From Ophelia neglecta (lineage: Eukaryota), in NCBI GenBank assembly GCA_965285935.1, contig OZ260666.1, positions 70,184,001 to 70,248,000 on the forward strand: DNA of 64,000 nt, given 5' to 3'. Under the pieces are notes generated by a model, which was given only the letters and a program-made list of their open reading frames with translations, had not been told where the DNA came from and made no database searches. This document shows positions 23,981-36,200 of this stretch, piece by piece. The stretch's first letter is position 1. Each line of letters begins with the position of its first letter. The position numbers and the translations under genes were made by a program.

Positions 23981-26900
23981 TTACTTGTTTGGGATAATGA
24001 AATACTGACTAGATAATTCAAACTTTGCCATGTTCCGTGTATTCCGAGTAGATGTTCATATCCCTGAGTTTATAGATTATCGTGTAATAATAGTGGATCT
24101 GAGATTAAGAGATTAATTGTCGGCGTTCTACGGAAAGAGGTTCAGCCCATATCAGCTGTTATCTTGATGTCCCATTAATAAAAGATGAAACTGATGCGAC
24201 AATATTTTATAGTAAGCCAGTTAAGTGACACAAACGAGAATGCACTAGCCTCGGTTATCTATTTAGAGTACATCCGGGGCCCACAGTAATTGTCATCTGA
24301 AATTGACTGTTCCTCGACTGCAAGCCGCGGGGTATGGTATTGCAATCACAACAGTAGACCATATTGGTTGGTTTGAAAAGCAGTATGGCGACCAAATGAT
24401 TGTTGTAAGATTAACAGGCATTAACCAATCTCGCAAATAGAAGCCACGTGATGCAAAACCACGTTAAATACATCCGTAGTTTGAACATATTAATTCTTTA
24501 GAGTTCATTTAATTCTAATCAAGTTTGTTCTTTGGAGCTTATTTAATATGTTAGGCCTTGTGCAGATTTCTGAAGTATACATTTCGAAGCTCTAGCAAAT
24601 GACATAGCAAGTGTTAATGCAACTGAATATTTAGCTATGGTAGAAAAAAATACCATAGCTTTGTTTACGATAAGTCATACCCGTTCTACTCACATCGTCA
24701 CTGGGATTGATGTATACGTCAGAAACAAACCTTTTCACAGAAATTGAAATATTATTCATAAAACTGAAACCGGCCTACATTTTTAAGTTCAAACGTGACC
24801 TGTGTGTGGCCTTTATTAACACAGTTAAGGCCAATATTATTACCGACTGAGGTCCATATTCCTTGAAAATTCGGGAGTTGCTGTCTAGTAGTTTGAAGGT
24901 AATCCCTTAACGTTTTCTGGAGGATGAGGCCAGAGATCCACCGCTAAGGGCAATTGGTGGTGGAGGTTTATCCAATTTCCCGTAAAGAGCGTAATACGAG
25001 ATATGCTTATTGTTGACTTGATGTAAAGGACATTCGTTTACCCAAAGCACTCTGCAGCGGCGATATAGGTGGGTTTTCGTAGACGTTATATTAAGTTAAC
25101 TACTGTCACTGTGGCCTTGGCCATTTACAGTTGACTAATTCTCAATGCAAGTGATATCATTGTTATGGTTTCATATGTGTATCTGCATAGTTTATTTGCT
25201 GTCAAGGAGTTGGAGCTTTACGTATTTGGGCATTTGGCTACTGGTTTATTTGTCTATTGAGTATCCACTCCCGATATGTTTGCAATGAGATGTTGTGGAC
25301 AGCTTTTCATGATGGAGGCAAAGCACAAATCAAACAAGTAAGTGGTCAGCCTGAGACAGAGCTGAAATATGTCTCATAAGAGTCTATGACGAGAGAGAGA
25401 ATAATCAACGAAAAATCAGGATAAACAGAACTAGTAAACAGGAACCCTACTCCGATCAAATATGCAATTAACATTCGCGGATGATCGTATAGCTAGCTGC
25501 TTACCTTGTGCCGTTTTAGTATGCTGTGATAACCAAAAGTAGCTAGGATTTTTTCTTATATGATGGAGGAGCAATAGCTGGTAAGACACCAGGGATCTGC
25601 CATTAACCTAACACAACAGATGGGCATAAATCTTATCGGTTGACACGTCAAAGAAGCTGTCCTTACATTAACACATTATATAAATATCCAGAATGTTCAC
25701 GCAAAGGGTTTCTATGCCTTTCATATAAATCTAGCAAACTATATTGTATTAAATCGCCTAGGGTATATTTCATACATGTCCGACGTTTACCACTGACTCG
25801 TGGAAAACTTTTCATTGCAAGTGATATTATATATTTCTGAATTATTAACTTTATCATAAGCTTATTTTCTGTGGGGTACTGCGCATGTTAGTCTTCGGGC
25901 CTGCAGCTGAGGTTTAGGGCAGGTTAAATGGGCAACGACCATTCTTAAGCCATGGTTTTGTTTCGTCTGCCTGGTATACACTCGTTATTTGTACTACCCG
26001 TCCTACTGATCATGAGTCGTACTGCAAGGAAACACCAATCACCTCTGTTACAATATGCAAGGCATTCCTTGGTGTATCGAGTTCAGATAAATTGGGGCGA
26101 TGACCTCGATTTCAGTGGCTATATCAGTGCAGAGAGGTACGCAGAGCAGATACTGTAAGCACACAATATTTGTCAGAAGCTGGAATTGGGACTGGGCAAT
26201 TTTGAGAGCCTCTCGAAAAATTCCTGCAATTGAAAAAAAAATGTGTCAATGGTGAATTGTGCAAAGCAATGCCTCATTTCAAGCCCGGCAGGCATGTTTA
26301 TGTGCCAGGCGATTGGGCTCCAGGATGTATCCAATCTCCCAAATTCCAGTAAATCTTATTTTATGTACTGCAAATTGTCCTAAGAACAGATTTTTTTCCA
26401 CCTTATGTGTTTTATGGGAGCCTTGTAGAGACGTTGTTGCCTACGAAATGGATGAATAAACATTCCCTACAGAAAATGAACCTGAAAGACTTTTATGCGC
26501 CAAGCTCATACGTACAAAAACTATTGGGCACAGTGTTATTCTGATAGGAAAATTGGTTTACGCTAAAATCAGCATTGATCTACGTATTGTTGGGACACCA
26601 TTGGGACAGGTTAATAGCACTTTCCTTTCAACTTGCTTTCGTGGCAATTTCAGCTATTAAAACATTATCCCCCACCCTTTCCACAACAATGGTTCATAAG
26701 CATAATCTGTAAGAAAATAAATTGATTAAGGCGTAAGAGTCTTGCAATAGCTTTATAGATAAGGCAACCAATGCCGTTCAGAGAGGATCTCTTTATTCGG
26801 TGCTGTAGCGGTGCATAGTACGACTCGGCGCTGTTGCTCTGGCTCAGCACTGCAAGCGAGTTTCCACCAAGTGTAATTCTTATGTTCTCTGAAATCGCAG

Positions 26901-28089
26901 CGCCAAGCAGCGCAGCGAAAAATATAGGGAGCCTTATACGATGCTTTACCCAAAGAAATGAAACAAGATTGATTAATGCTGACTGCAGGTCCTAGGTCAA
27001 AAAGGCAATTCGACAGCATTGCATCCCAGCAGTAGGGCCGGAACGACTTTTTTTAACACGAAATCTTGCTTCAAAACTGGTCAGCGACCTTAATTAGAGT
27101 TGAAACATACGAGCAGTGTCCGAAAGTGGTTGCAGGCAATTCATTCTGAAATATCAATCGTGGATACCAGGGAACAAACCAAAATCATCAGCCAGTGGTT
27201 ATGTATTTAATCGGGCTGAATTTATCAGAACCTTTAGTTAGCTGGAATGTCTAGATCGATTAGAATGTAAACCTCTTCCATTCTCTTTACTTATTTAGAT
27301 TATTATGGAGTTAATCGCCTTGTTAGCGACACAAGAATATCTTTTTGTAAGTAATAAACTGCAATTTTTCATGAAACACAGCAATTGACGATGTCGTTTC
27401 ACACAGCTGCTAGCTCGAAAAGGATCTATGTTAATGTGATGGAAAAAGATCAGATCTACAACTGTATATATAGGGATGTGGCCCCTTTTATCGCCCAGGA
27501 AAATGCATTTGTCTTTCCGTATTCTTTTGCTAAATGAAACACTTGATCTAGCGTCATACAACATTTAAAATATTTATGTTTAAATTGTCCTATTATTTCT
27601 AATGGAAGAAATATTTTTATTTTTTTTCTTCCTAAAAATCCATTTATAGGGCTTATTGCGATTATGTTTAATGAGATGATGAAGGGCGAGAAATGTTTCC
27701 TATTTGCGAAATGTTTAAATAGGAAAAACAAAGATTAAACATGAGCACAGAATAATACAGCATTGGTACTTTTAACACACGCAGCACTTTGATTAGCAAC
27801 CAGCTAGTTCCCAGTGCATACAGACAGATAAGGTTAATACTTCCAGCCTGAATGTACAAGTCAGTCGAGTTATACCGCCCAATTTGAATTTCACGGGGAA
27901 TCAAACCGATTGTTCTAAACAAAATATACATGTAGCAAGAACCCTAAATGTATCAAAGGAACAGTAATATGTTGTTTTGTTTTTGACAGATGGATAAATT
28001 GACGAAAATTGAAGAATCATAGCTGGATGAATCGCTCAAACTACTGTCAGAGTACTAAATTTACGTCCCTGGCTCCTGCAGCAAATGGA

Positions 28090-28470
28090 AACTCAAGCGT
28101 AAATATATTAGGTCGCGACTTGCTGAGCGTTATTCACATCCAACCCTCGTGGGTACAATCCCCATCCTCCAGGGCCCGATGGATACCGCACGTTAATTTA
28201 TATACTAAATCTTGCAGCATAGCTGTGTCAACTTACATACTTCTGACTGATAGTAAATGCCTGGAAAATAAACACCCGATCTGCGAGGTAGAGATTAGTC
28301 CAAGATAAAGATGGAGGGCACCCTGAATAGCCCCAAACGCCGTGTGGTTTTGCCAGTTAGAAGGCAAATAACTAACACAAATAGTATAAATTTCAAAGAC
28401 AACAAAACGCTTTGTCAATCAATGCCATGTAATCAGATGGAGATTCGAGTTTTGTGTGAATACCGACTCA
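28090..28470 (+). pseudogene. Possible LTR-retrotransposon pol relic (end of protease to start of RT)
   Basis: VNILGRDLLS (aspartic-protease C-terminal motif) in ORF 28009-28308, then NSP..VVLPVRR and IRVLCEYR in ORF 28311-28526, resembling SP...PV.K and R.C.DYR. Confidence 0.3.
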
Positions 28471-31029
28471 TGTGGGTATTCACACAAAAACAGCACTTGA
28501 TGAATGATAAAAAAAGAGTAAACTGAACAGTCTTTATGGGCGCGTTGGGCATAGGAACCATTATCCCTTAAATGGGGCGGGGGGGGGGGGTGTTAGGGCG
28601 CGAAGGGGGCTCGGGTGGTAAGGAATTCCGCATTGACCGACAATGGGTTTTCTCATTAAACCAGATATATCCCTATTAGATATTAACATATGCTGGTCAG
28701 GATATTTACTAAACCGATGTTTATCAACATTTACAGCGAATTATTGACATTATTAAAGCAAATGGCAGATTAAAACCCTAAAATATGCTCTCTTGTTCGC
28801 AAGTTTAACCGATATTCCGCCTGCCACTACAGCGGAAAATGCCTGCTATTGAGGAAGTGGACAGAGCCGATGATTAAAATATCGATCTGGGACAAGGGCA
28901 CTTAACCAGCGTGAAAGCCCGATACAACGGAAATTTGTGGCAATATGTGTGGAAGTCAGAGATGGAAGCAGGGCACTAGTTTCCTTCTCTACTGTAAATT
29001 AATCTTGAAAAAGTGATTAACAATGGCTTTGATAAATATACCCTAGGCATTAGCACTTGCAAAAATTCGTTTTATAGCGAAATTCCGACAGGATTTTTGC
29101 TACTATGGAGATGATATAGCGGTACTAGAAATAATCGTATCAGCGGGCAGGGCATGCATTTATAGATGAGAATGAACCATTTTACAGTGATTATCATTTC
29201 CATCTTTTAATAACATAGTATTGCTATTTTCGAACATCGTACTTATGGAATGATATAACATTCGTTATTTTTTTTCTAATTCTGGCTGTGAAAATACATG
29301 AAAATTCAGGTCTACGCGAAACAAGGCATTTCCATCTTAATATAACGTAGCAATTTTGAGCATCTTACTGTGCTCGAGTTGCTAAAAAATGGATACTTTG
29401 CAGAATGTGCGGATTCAATACCTGTCGCATTCATCAGAGCGGCCACCCCACGTCTGGGAAACGACATAATGTCATTTAAACACGCGCCAGTAAACGATGA
29501 TATCCAGCATAGCCAACCTCAAAAGAAAGTTTCAGTTCAATCGTGTCACGTTTCCCACTATGATCGATCCTCTGCGCAATATATTGACACTGGGCATTGA
29601 AGCTAAGCCCGCTCAAGCACGTACTAACGTCTCTATTTGCGTTAATTGTAGCGGGGAAGGAAGGAGGAGGCTTTAATTTGTCTTAATTGACAATTTTCAA
29701 TGTAAATATCAAGGCCAATCAGTGTACAACACCATCGAAAAATGAAGGTTTATTTATCAAACTATTGTACTTTGTTAATGAGAGTAAAACACACATATTA
29801 CGCAAGAGAAAGTAATAAAAGAAAATACTTTATTATACTATTCATGCTGTATCAATTGCAAATCACAGACAACTTGTGTTGCAAGTAGGCACTACACGGC
29901 TCCAGATTAGCGGGAGCTCAAAATTGCAAAGAAACAAATGAGGATAAACGTCATATTGTAGCTTTGTGCAATAGTAATGTGGACAGCTGGCTGAATTGCT
30001 CCTTTGAATAGAATCATATAAATGCCAAGAGTTCGGATCATCCTTATTTGTCGCAATGGGAAAGATTATATATCGAGTTTATTCTTCTTTTCTGAAATAA
30101 ACCCTCGTCGAAAATTGACCATGATTGACTGAAATACTGCAAATCCTGGTCATAACCACCAAAGAAATTGACGATCAAAGAAGTGCGGGTTATACGGTCA
30201 TGCTTCAAAGTATAAAGGCTTCCAGCGTGGGTATTAATAAGCAAACGTTGAAACCTATAGTTTGATATCATGGACACGATGGCCATGTATAGGAAGTCAT
30301 TTGATAAATACAAGTGCGGTACCGTCCAACGTTTGCAAAAACCATTTTTTCAGATTTATTCAACAAAAAACTTTTTATCAACCTCTACTAATGATTTTTA
30401 GTCAGAACAAAGAAATCTGATGTATACTATTAGAAAGATTTTACAAAATAGAGCTCCATAACATATTACTGATACCACTGCTACATTTTAACATGAATAC
30501 ACATAATGCTGATCCTAACATATGCCCAACTTAAAGACAATAGTGGCCCATATGGTGCTTGAGTCGTTAAACTCCAAAGTATCCCCAAAAATTCAAAATT
30601 TCTCCAACGCATTTCTCCGACTCCATTTACAACGACACCATTAAAGGCAGTAATTCTAATACTTTACCTAACACACTGCATGGTGTCTTTATATAACAAG
30701 ACGACAAAACTGCTATTGAAAACAATTAGCTGATTTTGTTAGGCTTATTGCTCTTCATTACTGAACAGCCGATGTTCAAGTCATTTGCATTCCTCGCCTG
30801 CAGACCAGACTGCCAATCATTGGCTTAGGTCTTGATTACGGCATTTACACCCTAAAAATCGTCCTATAGCTATAATAAGCAGGTAAACCAGTTACCTCTT
30901 CAAACTAACACATTTGCTTAAATAACCATACATCTGAAGTGTCAGAAGTGCCTTGACACTCGCGATTGTCAGATGTGCACTAGACCGTTCCTTAATCCTA
31001 AGGATCATTCGTAAGCGATACCAATTTCC

Positions 31030-31145
31030 CCTTCTCATCGGGGCTCAAGTCGGGCGTCTCTCAGGACCATCGATCACTTCCGTCGAGACTGGAGAATGGG
31101 AACTTGTTGCTCTAAAGGCCAGACCTGGAATTGAGTGGCGAGGAG
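31030..31145 (-). pseudogene. Possible Tc1/mariner transposase catalytic-motif relic
   Basis: With one frameshift the minus strand reads EVIDGPER/TPDLSPDE, resembling EVLDWPxxSPDLNPIE; SPRH lies about 100 nt upstream. Confidence 0.3.
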
Positions 31146-31596
31146 ATATACGGCATCTGCCAAGTCTGAATACCAATGATTAAAGAAATATGTCACTGTG
31201 AAGAAGAAATTTGCCTGAGAGGAGATGAAAGGATTTTTTTGTGAATTTAGTTTGCTTCCATGATATTTGGTAATGTTACAAGATTAGTTTATGAGCAATG
31301 GGATCTGAGTATTAACTGCACAGCAAGCCAACTGGAGATTCATCCAGCCGAAAAAGGTCCTTTGGTTTTCTGGAATTCAGCTGTCTAAATTCGTTTCGGC
31401 ACTATGCTTAACTTTACGGCCTACCAACCTCCTAAAATTAACGCCATGCATGTATTGCATTGAATAGTTGAGTTATATAGCCGAGTCTGCTTGTTCATTC
31501 CGTGTCTACTTCGTACTACATCAAGCGAACCCTACAAATTGGATATCACTTTAATAACAAAACGAAACTAATTTCGGCCACGTGCGAGTTTAGTCA

Positions 31597-31835
31597 CATC
31601 CGGTCCCAAGGTGGGAAAACCGTACAGAACTAAACATTTGGTGGGAAAGCCAGGCAGAAGAAAACATCTGGTCCCAAGGTGGGAAAACCGTACAGAACTA
31701 AACATCCCAAGGTGGGAAAACCAGGCAGAACGAAACATCCAAATGTGGGAAAGCAAGCCAGAACGAAACATCTGGTCCCAAGGTGGGAAAACCAGGCAGA
31801 ATGAAACACCCCAAAGTGGGAAAACTGTGCAGAAA
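31597..31835. repeat. Minisatellite, 7 units of 30-38 bp (consensus about acatc[tggtc]ccaaggtgggaaaaccaggcagaacgaa)
   Basis: GTGGGAAA cores at 31611, 31641, 31679, 31712, 31745, 31783 and 31816. Confidence 0.93.
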
Positions 31836-32496
31836 AATCTAACACCAGACACGACCATTTGCGATAATAATGACCACACGCTTAGGCAATTGTATAACAG
31901 GCATGAATATATGAATTCAGTATGAATGCACGTATCGAATCTTGTCTGATGGTTTAACAAGTGATATGCATTGATTCACATCAAGCAAGTTAAGATAAAC
32001 ACATCGCAGCCATGTATGGTCACAGTTTCTCGGATCCTGGCCGGCCTATAAACACACCTGTCACCTTTTCGCCACTAAAATGATAACCGCGAGCATATGT
32101 ATTTTAATCTATTAATTACATTTTTGGCAATAAACATCAAGTTAGGCACTGATTGTTCTCGCGTTGACCAGCACGATGCTTCATTGACCGCCCGTGCTGG
32201 GCAATGACCTGTTTTACAGGAGATGGCCTTTGTTATATGATAGCAATCAGTTGGAGTGGTCCAGTCTGTTCCCTATACATCTAGTTGTGTCGGTGAGAGC
32301 TTGGGAGTCACATTCTTATTCCTACAATGTAATTACGCGTAGTTATTTATTGAATTAGGACAATACTTGTGGTGAATTAGGATGTTTCCTACACGGGAGA
32401 GACCGGCAATCAATCATTAACATGACATGTACATTTAAAGGCAATTCGGAAATCACAAATAACTAAGCATCATTCAGCTATTTAAGTACAATTTGG

Positions 32497-33266
32497 TCTT
32501 TTACATGATACTATACTTTGTAGCCAGTGAACAGGACAGCCTTTTAACCTGATACTATATTTTGTAGCTAGTGAACAGGACAGCCTTTTAACCTGATACT
32601 ATATTTTGTAGCTAGTGAACAGGACAGCCTTTTAACCTGATACTATATTTTGTAGCTAGTGAACAGGACAGCCTTTTACCTGATACTATATTTTGTAGCT
32701 AGTGAACAGGACAGCCTTTTACCTGATACTATATTTTGTAGCTAGTGAACAGGGCAGCCTTTTAACCTGATACTATTTTTGTAGCTATGGAACGTTAGGA
32801 TCTTTTACAGGATGCTATACTTTGTAGCCAGTGAACAGGACAGCCTTTTACCTGATACTATATTTTGTAGCCAGTGAACAGGACAGCCTTTTACCTGATA
32901 CTATATTTTGTAGCTAGTGAACAGGGCAGCCTTTTAACCTGATACTATATTTTGTAGCTAGTGAACAGGGCAGCCTTTTAACCTGATACTATATTTTGTA
33001 GCTATGGAACGTTAGGATCTTTTACAGGATGCTATACTTTGTAGCCAGTGAACAGGACAGCCTTTTACCTGATACTATATTTTGAAGCTAGTGAACAGGA
33101 CAGTCTTTTACCTGATACTATATTTTGTAGCTAGTGAACAGGACAGCCTTTTACCTGATACTATATTTTGTAGCTAGTGAACAGGGCAGCCTTTTAACCT
33201 GATACTATATTTTGTAGCTATGGAACGTTAGGATATTTTACATAATACTATACTTTGTAGCCAGTG
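32497..33266. repeat. Minisatellite, 43-44-bp monomer x about 17.7, with higher-order organisation
   Basis: Monomer ctgatactatattttgtagctagtgaacaggacagcctttta(a)c; a variant monomer gtagctatggaacgttagga recurs at 32781, 32998 and 33214. Confidence 0.97.
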
Positions 33267-36200
33267 TATTATCGAGCCAATAACATCAGGTATGAACCTT
33301 TCAATAAGACAGCGGCAATGTTGCATTTAAAAACTTTCTTTTTCGTCTACTTCATATTGAAAATAATGTGCTAACTTCATTTGATTGACAGCTGCGGTTC
33401 ATGTATATGGTGCGCATGATTGCAGGTGCGCCGACTAGAATAAACTAAGGTGTACGGCGAAATGGAATGGTTTCGTCTTCCTGGTCTTCAATGCATGATC
33501 GCTACTCCCGTGCACTTCTATTTTCAGTACAGTACATACAAATAATGTCTAGAAAACTACACGTTGCACTTCAACCGTAAAAGCCGTAGGATACCCAAGG
33601 GCCACAATCGACCGAGATAGGCTCTTTTCCTGTAACCCAATGTCTAACCGACATTGTTTGTATTTTTCGGGAACAAAGGTGCTCAGTGAATAATTGGGTT
33701 GTAGGAATACATAGGAAAAGGGACTTACAAATGGTAGAGTTACATATCAAATGTTATGTTACAATTTGCCTTGGAGTACAATCCATTGAACCGAGCTGGC
33801 GCCAACCAGTAAAAACAGCTATTTGCCAAGTTGCATACACATGGCACGAAGTTTATTTCATGGATTGTTGCACGTGGCAGAATGAAATGTCCAATAAAAT
33901 CGCAGCAGTGACGAATGCGAGTCCACTATTCGACCAAATTAAGCTTCTTCCCCGGCACTGAAGTACCCTTAAAGAAAACAAACGATTGTCTGGGCGATAG
34001 AAACGTGGAATGAAATGTCAATTTATTTAGACAAAATAAATGGTCTTCTTAGAAATACGATTTTATATCTAGCAGACCTAGCAACTCATTTATAAACAAA
34101 ATTCCATTAAAGAAGTCCGACATGACCCGGAAAATGTTGCGACTTTTTGTGTTGTAACAAATGTGCTATATCGAATATAATCGAATGCTTACTTGTTTGT
34201 GGAACATTAGTAATGCGAATGTGAGAAAGGGTTTTGCGTTCCTATATTGTTTATTCACTATGAATAATTTATCTTTCTCTCAGGAGGGGGACCTTGGTAT
34301 ATAGAAATAAAGCAAATGAAAAAGGATCAGGTAAAAATAATATGACTTTAAATACAAATTCCAATACATGAAGCATGGATCGGTCACTATAATTCTACTT
34401 AGCAAGCAAAACTCTAATTCTGCAGTACCAAGATTGTTTCTTTTAATGTCGTGTGTTGCGCACACTGAAGTGAAAACCCAATATTGAACCAAACAAAACA
34501 CTTTTGAAAGCAGCTATTTAGCAGTGCATTATTTCCTTCTTAGAGGTGAACAGTGCATGCATAACATAAAACACCGAAGAAAAAACCATTAAAACTCAAA
34601 CCATTCCACAGTGGAAATAAAAGTATAAAGTTCACTTATGATTATTCGGAAATGGCATATCAGTTGGTGGTATGTGTGTTTGAGCGGATAATACTATAGG
34701 AAACGCAGCTCAATTCGCATTGCTGTGCTTCAATATATACGTCATTGATCAGACCGACTGAATCTGAATATGGTTAATGTTCAGTCTGCAGGCTGAGGAC
34801 AGGAATGACGAGCACTCACGCGAGAGCGCCACACTTCAAATTGTAATGTCATCAAAGCTTACTCTTGCAATGTATCCGTATGACCCGTAGCCGTCACATG
34901 AGGCGCCAGCGTCATGTGGTGAACTGTAAGTGCCGCATGCTATGATCTATGGTGAGCAGGCACGTAGTATTGTTGTATAACGGTTGGAATGTGCTAAATG
35001 ATTGGCAAGTAGATCGAATAAATGAAATATCACTTCTGTTTATCTAACGTTATCTAAAGTAATTTGGTCCCTGGGGAAACCACCAAACTCCAAATTTAGA
35101 CAAAAGGAAAACAAAGACGCCATTGGTAGGCCACGAACTGCTATGACAGGAATTCTTATTTGAAACGCAGTTGAAAAGCAAGCATAATAAATCTTGAATT
35201 TGACGAAAGTTACTGTTTTGTGACTTTGAGAAATGGTGATACAAATATAAGACATGTGTTATGAAAGGTTTAGGTAAAGCTAAAAGTAGCTTATTGCCGG
35301 AGACGGAGAACGCGTGGACAGTGTACGTTTAACATCATGTTACGTATGCAAGGCTGAAAAGGGTAAGGATGGTGAGTACTACCACACAATAGATACTACT
35401 TGTAAAAGAAAACGCCCATGCTAGTGTGAACGGCATACTAACAAAATATATTATCACTATGTGAACAGTGGTTCGCACAGCGGTACAAGATATTTAGATA
35501 TATAATTGAGTAACAACTATTGTGTTAACAGTTTTACCCATATTCCACTTTCAATAGGGTTAGTTGAAGATGACATCACGACGCCTAATTTTGCTTCCAA
35601 TCTAGCAGGAGACAACATTGCATATGACTGAATCACGACATTAGTAGGGCCAAATTAGTGACTTTGCAGCTCTATGCATGCCCCTTGTATCATATTTAGG
35701 CTCTTGACGAAATACAAAAATCATATGCTTAAAGGGAAAATTGTGAAAAACCAGTCAAACAAATTGTCGGTGTTACATCCCCGTGCTGACCTTTCTAGCC
35801 TTTTGCTAACCAGTGTGTTCAATTGTAATGAGGCTTCAATGTGAGCAATGTGCCTGTAGGTTAACAGTATGTATGATCTCCGGCTAGTTCTATTGTCAGT
35901 CTAGCATATAAAAATTGCAACCCTTGAAATTTTGCTTACACATAAAAACAAAATCTTTTTTCATGGAAGAAGTTACTGTGTTAGAATTTGAATCAGCTTA
36001 CTCAGCCTAACATTGCAATTCAAACAGAGGTCTTAATGCATGGTGTGACATGGTTGTGAATTGGCCTTGAATATCTGATAGTTTGGTCGGGTGTACTTGG
36101 TCTGACCAATTGAGCGCAATAACCAAATCCCGAGTGATAGCGGAACAAAGTAGTTCTTCCAATACACAACAGTTACTACATGCAGAGTCTAAAAAATAAA

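Noticed and set aside
30760-30840. HDV-like ribozyme (ttcctcg loop, gccaa/ttggc hairpin); similar loop near 24310
   Set aside because: The P1 helix cannot be formed (P3 fails at 24310).
31568-31960. ORFs of 71-130 aa on both strands
   Set aside because: By-products of the stop-poor minisatellite.
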